Source: Malacoraja senta (lineage: Eukaryota). From it: DNA of 64,000 nt. Numbering within the stretch: position 1 is the first letter of the stretch; every line of letters starts with the position of its first letter. A model generated the notes under the pieces. The model ran no database searches and was not told the origin of the DNA. It worked only from the letters and a program-made list of their open reading frames with translations. The stretch covers positions 20,522,001 through 20,586,000 of the forward strand of contig CM075987.1 of assembly GCA_038087875.1 (NCBI GenBank), written 5' to 3'. Positions 51,100 through 64,000 of this stretch are shown piece after piece. A program made the translations under genes and the position numbers.

Positions 51100-52081
51100 C
51101 TATGAAAATAAATGAAGACTCTTTGATTTTTTTAAAAACTATACAGCATACTGCACACACCAAGATTTACATTAATATGACTTTGAAGCAGAAATTTTCT
51201 CTTTAGGATCATACTAACCTTCATTCATTCATCTTTTTGAATCATGGCAGCAAATAAATAATTAATTCTCAGGAATGTGCGCTGTTTGACACTACGGCCT
51301 TGAAACAGAAGAATTTTAGTTTTTTTTGGAAGGTTTGCAACAAAAAATCATCAAATTGATTACTGGGATGGAAGGTTTGATCCAAGAAGAAAGGTTAAGC
51401 AAATTAGACCTTATCTTTTTTGCAGAAAAATGAGAGGCTATATCATTAAAACTTACAAAAATTCTTACATGTCTTGACAAACGAAATAGAGAGGTTTTGT
51501 TTTCCCTCTTGGATAGCGAGCCCTGATTGCGATGTCTGCAACGAGGAGTCACAGTTGTAAAATAAGGGGTTTGATATTCAGGAGAGTGAGAAACAATTTC
51601 TTTATTCAGATGGCGATGAATCTTTGTAATTCACTACCCAAGTGGAGGACAGCATTCAAGACATAAATCAATAGATTTTTAAATATTGAGGAAATCATTA
51701 ATATGGGGTTATTGCAGGAAGATGGCGTAAAGATAAAAGATCAGCCATGATCTTACTGAGTAGTCAGGGGGACTGAACTGCCTAATCCCATTTATATTAA
51801 TCTTCATGAATCTCATGAAAAGCATTAGGTCAGCTTTCCCATTTAGGAAGGAACCCATTATAACAAGATGTTTTTCTTTAACTTTCATATAATAGCTACC
51901 TACATAATCTGCAAATGCCACCAGCTAGGTAGCTTACTTCACACAGCCAATGTAAAATACAATTGTTTCTCTGGTGTAGAGTGGAAAATTGAAGTAAGCC
52001 GTCACCAAAAGAAGGACTCTTGTGAGAAAATAGGGATGAGGCAGGAAGCAGAAACATTTTAGTGTCTTTAAATCAGCTCAC

Positions 52082-52300
52082 CTTCATATCTTCTTCTCCT
52101 CTTTCAGAGTTGCAAGCTCGAATAGTAGGTACTGAATTCTCCCGAGTCGAGCTGTGGATTCGAGGCTGGCGTATTGTTATAGGGGGTGCAATGGGCCCTT
52201 TGTTCATCTGCATCACAGGACGTTGAATTGGAGTAGGATATGATCCTACACTGGGAGGCCTCATGTGCATGATCATGTTGCCCTGGGGTGGAGGTGGCAT
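52082..52300 (-). CDS. PRRC2B: PRRC2B penultimate (possibly alternative) exon
   Basis: Symmetric phase-0 219-nt exon, TTAG acceptor and GTGAGC donor; Pro/Met-rich MPPPPQGNMIMHMRPP...GEEDMK. Confidence 0.75.
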
Positions 52301-52931
52301 CTAAGTAAATTGATGGGAAACAAAAGAAAATTAAATGGTTTTAAGTGTTTCATGTCTTAAGATAAAATGTAATTGTTCAAATTGTTGATTGATTCCTGGG
52401 ATGGCAGGTTTGCATGTTTGCCATACGAGGGAAGATGCAGCTGAACTCTTTTTTTCCAATGATCTAATTGAAACAGGTTTTTAAAGCGTTTACAGGTAGA
52501 TGTAGACTGATGATTCACCTCGCTGGGTGTCTACAACCAGCTCTTAGAGTTTCACTTTTCAGGACCATGAGAAGACATTTTTTTTCAATCATAGAATAGC
52601 AAATCTCTGTGATTTTCTATCCAAGAGATCTATGGAGGCCCTGTTTTTTAATTTAAAGTTACAGATCAACAGCATTTTCCATTTAAAATAAATTAGAGAT
52701 TTGGGGTAAGTGCATGAGAATTTTGTGGCATGAGATCAGCCACAATTTCAGTGAATGGTGAAACAGAAGCGAGGCTTATTCCTGTTTCAATGTTTTACAT
52801 CAATGCTACTTGTAAACAAAATGTCACATGCCTCAATTGAACTTCAAAACACATATTCCGTCCGGCCAGTTGAGATAGTTGAAGCATTCATCTTAAATTT
52901 CCCAGATCCTCTAGGTTTTTACAAATTTCCA

Positions 52932-53920
52932 TCATATATATTATATATAACTATTACAACTCTTCGTTAGTTAGTTTGTTTGTTTCTCCTCACATCTCCT
53001 TCAAAACCCGACGCGGTAACGGAGACATTTTTACATATTCCGGTAGATTTAGTTCATGAATTCAAAATCTCCTCATCTGAAAAATCGGTTAATTATTTCC
53101 AGAGTTTTTTTACTAAAATTTAAATCTAATTGAATCTGAAGTGAGCTGCATGACGTCACAATGCCTTTGCTCCTCGCGACCAGCTGTGCAGACTTTCAAT
53201 GCGCAGCCAGTTACGTAGCCCAGCCGCCCTCCCCCACGGACTCTGGATTGAAGCCCTTGAACACGTGATGAAGTCGTGCAGAGGGCTCCGCTGGGCTTCT
53301 TGAAGTTCAACAACATGGCGGCGGCGGTCGTTATTGCAGCGCGGGCGAGGACAAGCACAGTTGAAAAGTCGTCGTCGCGCCCGTCACAGGGGACGACCTC
53401 CTCTCTGTCTCCCCCGCCTGCCGCTGATTTTCACAGTACTCAGCACTGCGGGCCTCGCTCTGGTCAACGACGCCCACAGCCTACCTCGGGCCCGACTCAT
53501 GATGGGGCCAGTGCGGCCGGCCGTAGCGCCCCGCCCACATCCCTGCAGCCAGCTGTAGCGTCCCGCTCTGCCCACAGCCCTCACTCCCCCAGGGCTGAGT
53601 TACCTCCCCCCCCCCCCGCCATAACTCGCAATCTGACGGCCAACCCGAGAGATGTCGACGAACATCCGAGAGCGGCCACAGTCCAGCCGCCCCCCCCCCC
53701 CCCGTAACTTCCTCCCCCCTCCTCTTCTCTTCCCCCCTCACCACCTCCCCCTCTCTCATCCACTCCTCTCTCTCCCCCTCCCCCTTCTGCTCCCCCTCTC
53801 CCCTCCCCCCTTTGTGTTTGGGGGGTGGTCAGTGTGTGTGTGACGTCACAGAACCCCCCCCCCCCCCCCCCGCAACCGCGCGTTGAGGGGATGGGACCCA
53901 ATGGGACCCCCTTGGTCTAG
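52932..53920 (+). mobile_element. Non-autonomous Helitron
   Basis: 5' A|TC; 3' GGGACCCA..GGGACCC degenerate hairpin then CTTGGTCTAG|T; no TSD. Confidence 0.7.
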
Positions 53921-54601
53921 TTAGATTTTAAACTGTGTAGGTAACCCCTCCATTCCAAAAAGGGATATAGAAATCAGAAAACTGCAGCTAATTTTGCTCA
54001 TGGTACAAGGATAGCAAGGACAGCAAGTGATGTAAAGAACATAAGGGTGTCCTAAGGGATAGAGATAGGTTACATGTCCATTTGTGAGAAAACAAGTGAC
54101 AAATAAAAATAAATATTGAGATTACAGAAGCCTGACATGCAGAAGTGTCCATGTGTCCAGTGCATGCTTTACAAAAGTATACAAAAAAACCCCAAAAGCA
54201 TTAGAATTTATTGTTAGAGAAATTGAATACAAAGCAGAGTGCTATTGCCTCATGTTGGGCATTGATGTGACCACATCTGGAGTACCATGCACAATAATGG
54301 TCTTGTTACTTAAGAAAAGATGTGTTGAAAGTAATCCAAGGTTTATTGCATAAATATCTGAAATGGACAGGTTATCTTATGAGAACAGGTTGGATAGAGC
54401 AGGTTTGTATCCACTGGAGTTCTAAAGTGCAACATGAAACATCTCTTATAACTTTCTAATATAAAAAAACTGTCTCAAATGATACATGTTAGAAAAGTAT
54501 AAGAGCAGGATGCTTATTCAAAGAACCTTGTGCATTATTTTGGTGCAAGTCTTATATTGTTACTTTTACATCAAAGTAGTTCCACAGGTACAGCAACAAA
54601 C

Positions 54602-54707
54602 CTGTTGAGCATAGTGGCCCTGGATACCTCCTGGAATATTTAAGCCCATTGTGTTCGCAGATGATCCAGGTCCAGACGTTTTCCCACCTGGGCTTGAACA
54701 ACTGGGT
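54602..54707 (-). CDS. PRRC2B: PRRC2B exon
   Basis: PSCSSPGGKTSGPGSSANTMGLNIPGGIQGHYAQQ; AG/GT; 106 nt. Confidence 0.9.
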
Positions 54708-55350
54708 CTAAAAAGCACAATATTAAGAGATACACATTGACCCACAAAGCAAAGATAAATGCCAGTCCAGTTTGTTCTTATCGTTAAATTAACAACAGAA
54801 ATGTGTCAAATAGCTGTGTGCCATGAATGGTTCATGAAATTATTAACCCTATTTAAGCTAATTCATTCTTCCTTTGGACAAGTTTCATTGTCTAGTCACT
54901 GACTAACTACGTTTGTGATGAAACAATCTCCAATTAGTATTAGGTACAATATATTTTCCATTTCACCTTTTCCATTGTTTGATGTTGATTTGCACTATTG
55001 TTTTATTTGAGGATCATTGTCTGAATATCCACAGAATGAATAATTACACCTAAATTATTACACAAATGAAATGTAAACAATCTATATAGTAATTAGAGAG
55101 TTCAAATCCACTCCCATTTACTTAGATCAAGTTAAGGTGAAATTAACTGTGCAAGGAAACACAGTCCACACGTTTAAAAAATAATCAGTTTTTTGATTTA
55201 TTACATAATGAACATCACTTGAAAGATCATATCACTACACAAACTATTCAAAAGCGTATTATAGGACAAATTTTCACTGCCCATAAAAATAAAACAAGTA
55301 TTTCTCCAAACATTTTGTAAAGTACTATTGAACATTTTTTGAAAGGCTAC

Positions 55351-55442
55351 CTGAAGAGGTTTGGTACAGGTCCTCCAGGGATTCCAGAGGAAATCTGCTT
55401 GTTATCTGCAAATTGAAATGCATTTAGGTCCATTTGGGGAAT
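55351..55442 (-). CDS. PRRC2B: PRRC2B exon
   Basis: IPQMDLNAFQFADNKQISSGIPGGPVPNLF; AG/GT; 92 nt. Confidence 0.9.
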
Positions 55443-55544
55443 CTGAAAACAAAAGGCAATTTTAAAAGATGTTGACATAATGCCACCTTCTATTAATAGC
55501 AAAATGTTTACATAAATATATTGCTTTAAAACGTTAGTATTTCA

Positions 55545-55805
55545 CAGCACTGTGGCGCAGCAGTGATGTTGCTGCTTCGATCCTGACTATGGGTGCTGTC
55601 TGTACGGAGATAGTACGTTCTCTATGAACTGCGTGGATTTTCTCCGAAATCTTTGGTTTCCTCCCACACGCCAAAGACGTAGGATAATCAGCTTGGCATA
55701 AATGTAAATTGTCCTTAGTGTATGTAGGATCATGTTAATATGCAAGGCGGACTCGGTGGGCCGAAGGGCCTGTTTCCGCGCTCAAACTAAAAGCTAAACT
55801 AAAAA
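55545..55805 (+). mobile_element. tRNA-derived SINE
   Basis: GTGGCGCAGC head, TTCGATCC, GGGCCGAAGGGCCTGTTTCC, (AAACT)n tail. Confidence 0.75.
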
Positions 55806-56023
55806 ACACATTCACACAACACTGTTATTTAAAACCAATCGGCTTGCCCCAGCATCAGTACAGTACTAGATTGACACTACAAAACTCCACTCCTCCCCAT
55901 CAACTTTCATTTGCAAGCTGTTATAATTTTCCATAAGCATTTGTTTTAATTTCTTTGGTATCGTTCCTGTTAGCAAAACATGTGGATCAATATTCAGACA
56001 GAATGATGAAGGAACTAGCGTCA

Positions 56024-56335
<312 letters not shown>

Positions 56336-57432
56336 TTAATATTTGAATTGAATTATACCAATGCAAACAACACAATACATTATATATTGTATGCTGCAAC
56401 AGAAATATACCTCCTACACAATTACAAATCCATGAGAAGCAGAAAACAGTTACCCATTTAAAAATAACCCCTGTACAAATCATCATTATATAGCATTTTC
56501 AGTGAATTATAATTTTCACCCAAGGAGGAAAGAAACATATTGTGAACCCTCTCAATGAATAAGTCAATATTATGAAATGGCCAGGGATTAGATGACGACG
56601 ACAGATTATAGGTATGCATGCACCAAAATGGAGATGGTTAAGGAGCATAAAGAGAATTGGAGGGGGGGGTGGGCAAAGAAGAGACTTTTTTGTTGTCTCT
56701 CCAACAATGGGATGTAAGCTAGAGCTAGGTCATTCAAGAGAGAGGTTAGAAATATGTCTGCATGCAATAGATTGCAGAAGGTTCATCTCAACCACAAAAA
56801 GCAATGGATGCCATCTTGATTTAACAACCACATATCTAAGACTGACAGATTTTTTTCCAAAGTAGTTCTTAAAAAGCAATGCAGCAAGGTGAATGGGTGA
56901 AAGGGGAGAACAGAGTTAAGTTAAACATCTACCATATTGCATCTGAATGGAGGAACAGGCTTGAGGGACCTATGAACCTTCTGTATTTAATACAAGACAA
57001 TTTTTGGTTTACATGTTGGCGGAACCCAATTGTAGAAAAAGACTCAAGATTGTCATACGAGAGAAATTATGAATATATTGTATAATACATGGAGACACAA
57101 GAGATTGCAGATGCTGGAATATTGTGCAAAAAATAGCTGGGGGAACTCAGTGAGCCAGGCAACATCTGTGGGTGGAGGTGGGACAAAAAATTGTCTATGT
57201 TTATGTATAATTTACAACCATACCCCGTTAAATCAATTAAAATACATTCCTTGAATACATATTTTAAATGAATGCTACATGGCAGCAATGGATCCATTAA
57301 GGATTACAATGCATTGTGTTCAAACCAAATACATTACCAGTAAAAACTTCAGTTTACATTTTTTGATGGCAACATGTTACTACTGAAACAAAATTGCATT
57401 TATTCCTGAATAGAGATTGCAGTAATTCCTTA

Positions 57433-57684
<252 letters not shown>

Positions 57685-58044
57685 TTAATTAAATCCAATT
57701 AATTGTATTTCTCTCTCTAACACACACACACACATAAAAATTGACTGGAAACTTCAATAAATGAAATACACAGAAGAAATTAATCTTTACATTTCTTAAG
57801 CGCAGGTTAAAAGTTGCCTTGCATCTTTCTTCAATTCTTATCACGTTTTAAAGTTAGATTCGTAGGTTCTTTCAAGGTCAGTTTATTGTCACATGTACCA
57901 GTTAAGGCACAGTGAAATTTCACTTTTTGTCAAGTGAGAGCTCAAAGCAAGGCAACTTTTAATCTGCATTTAAGAAATTAAATCAACTTTATTTGCCTTC
58001 TATTTCCCCAGCAAAGTTACTCAGCAGTTGAAGACATATTTTTA

Positions 58045-58230
<186 letters not shown>

Positions 58231-58517
58231 CTAAAGAGAGAAAAGCAACCAACCATGATACCAGGCACAGCAGCCACGTTGCAACTGATTTGTCCTATCA
58301 TACCCCACAATCTCTGGAAAATGTTAAGTTTCATACTGGCATTCGTCAAAACAGCGTCCCAAAAGAACTCAAACTGCCACATCTGAATAGTGCCAGTGTT
58401 TTCGAACAACACCACATTCAGAAGTCAACATGTGCTGGCACACAGTGCTTTAACGGAAAAGATTTTCAGACCTCAAGTTGCAAATAAGATAAACATGAAC
58501 GAAAACGCTACCATTAC

Positions 58518-58627
58518 CTGAGAGAGGCTGGCCTGGAAACCTTGTTGTTGTGGGATTGATTGCGGAAGGAGCCGTGCTTGACTGGCAAAAACGTGGCCAT
58601 CCATGTACAAAGGGGAAATATGGCTCC
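58518..58627 (-). CDS. PRRC2B: PRRC2B exon
   Basis: SHISPLYMDGHVFASQARLLPQSIPQQQGFQASLSQ; AG/GT; phase-compatible with neighbours. Confidence 0.9.
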
Positions 58628-59140
58628 CTGAAAAAAAAAATCACAAGAAACCATTTCTCCAACATGCTTGTTACTTATGGCACAAATGATGGAAAATAAA
58701 ACAAAATGTTACTTTCTTAAAATGATGATTGTTTCACTGTGTGAAATAGTGAAATTCATAATCAATTAATAATTGTAGGTCCTTAATCTGCATCATTTAC
58801 TCCGATAACTTAAACAGGAATTAGTCATTGAAATGCAACCTTTGGTAGAAGGGAATACAAGAGGCTTTTTTCGCACCACTAATGTTTTTAAAAAAAAAGA
58901 CAAAGTGCAGAAGTAACTCAGGTCAATTAGCATCTCTGAATATGGTAGGCAATTTTTGGGTTAGGACCCTACTTTCAATTGATTGTAGCAATAACTTGAT
59001 GGAATACTTGTTAACAAGAAAGCACAGAACAATCATGTGTATATTCTAGTAATGCCAGGTAATCTATATATCAGAATTATTAATCAGAGCTGCCCTTTAA
59101 GGTAATCAAAAAAGAGGCATTAATACCAATAAGCTATTCA

Positions 59141-59338
<198 letters not shown>

Positions 59339-59736
59339 CTATTCAAATAAAGAAAATACTGTAAAAATCAGAAATATTGACCTAAAACTCAAAGGCATCT
59401 CCCCCAAAATACTATGATTAATCCACACACACATTTGTCACAAATATATACATGCAACACAGCAGGCAAGAACAAGTTGAAGTTTAATTTTAAAATAAAA
59501 ACAAATAAAACAATGAAGAAACGTTAACCCCTCAATATTTATCATCTTTTCAACCTGCATATTTTTTTTTTTAAATGGCATAAACCCAAGTTAAAAATCG
59601 TCAGGCCTTTGCAGTTAATTTCCACAAGGTTCCCTATTAAATCAACATACTGCTACTAAAAAATCTTTAACATCTGAATAAATTTCTTCTTTAAAGTCAC
59701 ATTGTTTCCCGAACTTTCCCAATTGTGCGATTTTAC

Positions 59737-59838
59737 CTTTAATGTAAGGTCTGTACTTGGTAGAGAAACAGGAGTGAGGTTGGGACCCTGTTGGAGATGC
59801 TCTCTTCGCAGGATTGGGATTGACTGGCTTAGTGTTAC
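59737..59838 (-). CDS. PRRC2B: PRRC2B exon
   Basis: VTLSQSIPILRREHLQQGPNLTPVSLPSTDLTLK; AG/GT; 102 nt. Confidence 0.92.
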
Positions 59839-60649
59839 CTGAAAAACCAAAAGCCGATACTAAATGAAGACTTCGATCCATATTTGCATCATTAATGAAA
59901 AATTGTTTAGCTTTGCTTAAAGTATTGGGAGCAGAGAGATGACTCAACAAGACATATATATGAAGGACTTTGATAGAGTGGAAGCAGAAATAGGTTTCCA
60001 CTTTTGAGGAATAGCATAACTGTGGCTATCGATACAAGATAATTAATTAATCAGAATGGTGAGAATGTGAAACTATCAATCACAGGGAGTGGTTGAAGTC
60101 AATAGTATGCACTTGTTTAGGAGGAGGCTGGACAATTCTACAAGATGCTGAGTAACCTGGGTTCCTAATGCACAATTTGCGATTGTAGTTTGCAGCTATA
60201 GCAAGTAATCAGGAATGCTGTCTGAATTGACTGGCATTCACAACAATGCGAATGACTTATCTGAAACAAAAATCTCTGTGATCTTGACAATGTGGATATG
60301 AAAATGATGACTCCTCTTGACACATTCTTGACATGGAAGGGTGTGAAATGCTATCCTGGTAAAGTGGAACATGGAATTGAGGTCAAAGTGAGAACAGCCA
60401 TTACTTTAATAAATGGTGGAGCAAGTTTGATTAACTGGATTTGAGTCAACGTGACATGCTCCTGCTCCTAATTCATGTACACGCTCACACGAGGGCAAGG
60501 GCAATGAAGGGTTACATTGCTAGATTTAAATGATGAAAGACCGAACAAAGCTCAAGTGGAGCATAGATGCCAGCATGGGCTTTGGGCCAGATGGTATGTC
60601 TCATGCCAGATATCCTTTGCAACGCTATGAAGTTTTATTATGTTCCTGC

Positions 60650-61826
60650 CCTGAGCTGGTTCGTCTCCTACCTCAAAGATAGGAGTTTCTCTACAAACAT
60701 AGGCAACTCTTTCTCTTCCCCAGCTAGCCTTTGCTGCGGGGTTCCACAAGGCTCCATCCTAGGCCCCATTCTCTTCTCTCTGTATATGCTCCCCTTAGGC
60801 CAAGTCATTCAAAGGCACGGCATTTCCTTCCACTGCTATGCAGACGATACACAGCTCTATCTCCCCCTGAAACTCAACAACCGATCAAATCTACTCAGCC
60901 TTATGCACTGCCTTGAGGATATAAAGTGTTGGATGGCCTGAACTTCCTCCAACTAAACGAGAGCAAGTCTGAGGTCATCCTACTCGGCCCCTCGGACTCC
61001 ATCAAAATGATAGCAGGCAGCCTTGGAAGCCTAACCTTCTTACTCAAACCTCACGTCGAAAACCGTGGTGTGATATTTGACTCCGCATTGAAGTTTGACA
61101 AACAAGTCAATGCTGTGGTAAAAGCTAGCTTCTTCCAGCTTCGCACGATAGCTAAAATCAAACCATTCCTCCAATTCGACGACCTTGAAAAGATCATCCA
61201 CGCATTTATCTCCCGCTTTGATTACTGCAACTCCCTTTACACTGGCATCAGCCAATCATCCCTGTCCTGCCTGCAATTGGTCCAAAACGTCGCAGCGAGA
61301 CTTCTGACGGGCACCCGAAAAAGGGACCACATCACCCCAATTCTGGCCTCTCTCCACTGGCTCCCAGTGCGGTTCAGAATCAATTTCAAGCACCTACTTT
61401 ATGTATACAAAGCCCTTAACGGGCTTGCCCCCACCTACATCAAAAATGTACTAACCTACCATTCTACCTCCAGGTGCCTCAGGTCGGCCGACTTGGGGCT
61501 ACTGACTATCCCGCGGTCCAGGTATAAGCTCAGGGGCGACCGCGTTTTTGTGGTTGGAGCACCTAGACTGTGGAACAGCATCCCTCTTCTCATCAGAACT
61601 GCCCCCTCCATCGACTCCTTTAAGTCTAGACTTAAAACTTATTTCTACTCACAAGCGTTTCTTGAGGTCCTCTGAGGGAGCGCTGTATGTATGTATTTAT
61701 GTATGTATTGTTAGACCTATGTACCACTGTATGTAGCACGTTAGTACCTGCACTGATGTAAAGCACTTTGGTCAACGAGTTGTTTTTAAATGTGCTATAG
61801 AAATAAAATTGAATTGAAAATTGAAA
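60650..61826 (+). mobile_element. L2 LINE, 5'-truncated
   Basis: GVPQGSILGPILF, FHCYADDTQLY, DHITPILASLHWLPV, APRLWN; AATAAA plus (AATTG)n tail; one frameshift near 60935. Confidence 0.92.
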
Positions 61827-62042
61827 AATTGTTCTGATTTAAGTCAATGATTGCATTCATTGTTCTAAAAAGCTTTTATAATCGCAGAGAAGTTCTGTTA
61901 GTAGTTTTCAGGTAGGTGAAAATCTATTGTTTTTAGTATACTTCATATAAAAATTTAAAACTATAACTGGATTTTCACTGTTTGATCTCAGAGCTATGCA
62001 AAGAAATTTGATGAAGCAACACCTTCAGAATATAGTACTCAC

Positions 62043-62129
62043 GTTGTTCACTAATACATCCTGCAGTTTAGTGATCGAGTTGGAAACTGGATTCGGCACT
62101 GAATTCTGTGGCAAATTGAAATCAGAATC
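62043..62129 (-). CDS. PRRC2B: PRRC2B exon
   Basis: DSDFNLPQNSVPNPVSNSITKLQDVLVNN; AG/GTGAGT; 87 nt. Confidence 0.9.
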
Positions 62130-62214
62130 CTAAAACAACAAACAAAAAACCTTCTCAGTTTATCAGAAGACAAACCACACAGACTGTCGGAACATGGAGA
62201 AGTTGTAAATATTA

Positions 62215-62298
62215 CCCATTGACTCAGACTTCCAAAACATTATTACATTGATGAACCAATACCATGATTCATGTCATCACGATAAAAGCCAAGTTGGG
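62215..62298 (-). ncRNA. Candidate intronic box C/D snoRNA
   Basis: Box C GTGATGA (62274-62280) and box D CTGA (62224-62227) in host-gene sense; imperfect flanking stem; about 90 nt upstream of a 3' splice site; no clear C'/D' boxes. Confidence 0.3.
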
Positions 62299-63206
62299 AA
62301 TAACCCTATATTAAGAAAAGCAATTCTTCAAGAAGAGCAATTAAAAAAAAAAAATCTTCTGTAAAGCTAGATCAATGTTATTGCAACCAAATTAAGTCTA
62401 CAGTAAAGTGAATTAAGAAAAATACACTTTGCTTATTGATCACTGGCCAATTTTTACAGTATAACATAGGAAACATTCAATTCAATATCATATATTAAAT
62501 GCTTTTCTTCCTGTATATCCTCCTCATTTAATGTATTTTTTGGCACTTCCAGTTGATGACGTGGCTTCTGATTACTGAAGAACATTGTGAATCATGATAC
62601 TTTAGGTGTCATGTCTGACTAGAAAAAATAATCGTAGGCTTCTGCTTGTGGACAAAGTCAACAGAGAGTACACACATCTACAAGATATAGAACTGAAGCT
62701 TGTTGAAAAAGAGCCAGGTGCTGTAGAACAATGGGCAGGTCTGGAGCTAAGTAAGAATGCGAAAAGGTGGACAGATAATGCCAAAATTAGGCCACAAAAA
62801 CAGTAGTAACACTGAAAAAAAAATGTCTTAAAGTGCTAGAAACTGAAAATCATGACTGCTGGGCATAATTAAAGCAAATACCATGAAGCTACACTAATGT
62901 GATGGGCAGTCAAAATGTGCAGAATGGGTGAGATGAGGCAGACAAACGGGAAAAGACTCGAGTATAAACACCAGCACAAACAAGAAAAAATGATCCATTT
63001 GTCTAATGTAATTTCTATGCAGGAAATACCAGTCTTTTTTTCATCCTCTGTTCTTTAGATCTGCAATTTACAGTGCTACATAAGGGCATATTAGTTCGGT
63101 GTTATGCAATGAAATGTGATTTCAGTGATCACACATCAGCTCCAGAGTTACACAATGACAATTTATAGATTTGAGACATTATCACCAGCTATAATTTCAA
63201 TCTTTA

Positions 63207-63485
<279 letters not shown>

Positions 63486-63859
63486 TTATTTTATTATATG
63501 ATTGCTCTGAAGTAAGTATTTAATTTAAATGAAACATAACTGCTTTATTCAGAATGTACCATAGTACTCCCAACATTCAACAAATTACAACATATAATCT
63601 TGGAGGGGACACTAATGGTTACAGCAGAAACAATAAGGCACATCTCATTGTGCAATGTTGTTTAATCCACTGAAATCATCACACCCAATCTGTGCCCCTC
63701 AACCTCACCATGCCTAATAAACCTATCTTGACTAATCCCACAGAACACGTTAACCTCCTGAAGTATTCTCATCAATAGAGTAAATCAAGCACTTCAGGTT
63801 TTCCAAATCCATTACATTTTTAGGAGTTGGAAATTGTGATTCTCCAAATTAACCCAAAC

Positions 63860-63936
63860 TCAGCCATGATCACATTGAATGGCGGTGCTGGCTCGAAGTG
63901 CCGAATGGCCTACTCCTGCACCTATTGTCTATTGTC
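63860..63936 (+). mobile_element. CR1 LINE 3' terminus
   Basis: CAGCCATGATCACATTGAATGGCGG...GGCCTACTCCTGCACCTATTGTCTATTGTC. Confidence 0.75.
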
Positions 63937-64000
63937 ATCCTTTCATTACTTTCAAATTTCTGTAGTTTATCCCCACTTACAATCCTCAGCTTTGTGTTTT

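Noticed and set aside
57285-57312. Possible SNORD62 remnant (AATGGATCC, complementary to an 18S segment) in a PRRC2B intron
   Set aside because: Only 9 nt of complementarity and no box C or box D.

Overview
This is vertebrate genomic DNA. The repeat content (CR1, Penelope and tRNA-SINE families) suggests a cartilaginous fish such as a skate or ray, which is an inference. Two tandem protein-coding genes lie on the minus strand. (1) The complete POMT1 gene (protein O-mannosyltransferase 1): CpG-island promoter at about 39480-39760 and 19 coding exons from ATG 37241 to TAG 7324. They splice in frame to 2178 nt (725 aa), with one GC-AG intron. (2) The last 12 coding exons of PRRC2B (63458 down to 50902) and a probable long 3' UTR. 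This matches the human PRRC2B-POMT1 gene order. Introns and intergenic DNA contain CR1, L2, Crack-like and Rex-like LINEs, tRNA-SINEs, Penelope-like elements with hammerhead-ribozyme-like cores, two non-autonomous Helitrons, several TIR elements, a solo LTR and a 0.9-kb G-rich minisatellite. The most notable observations are an in-frame TGA in the last PRRC2B exon with the conserved C-terminal tail still open behind it, fold-back Penelope mini-elements, a nested palindromic TIR/solo-LTR complex beside the POMT1 promoter, a TIR family carrying a perfect DR1 site, and a candidate intronic C/D snoRNA. No wholly new protein-coding system is evident. Comparisons with human proteins are from memory, not from a search.
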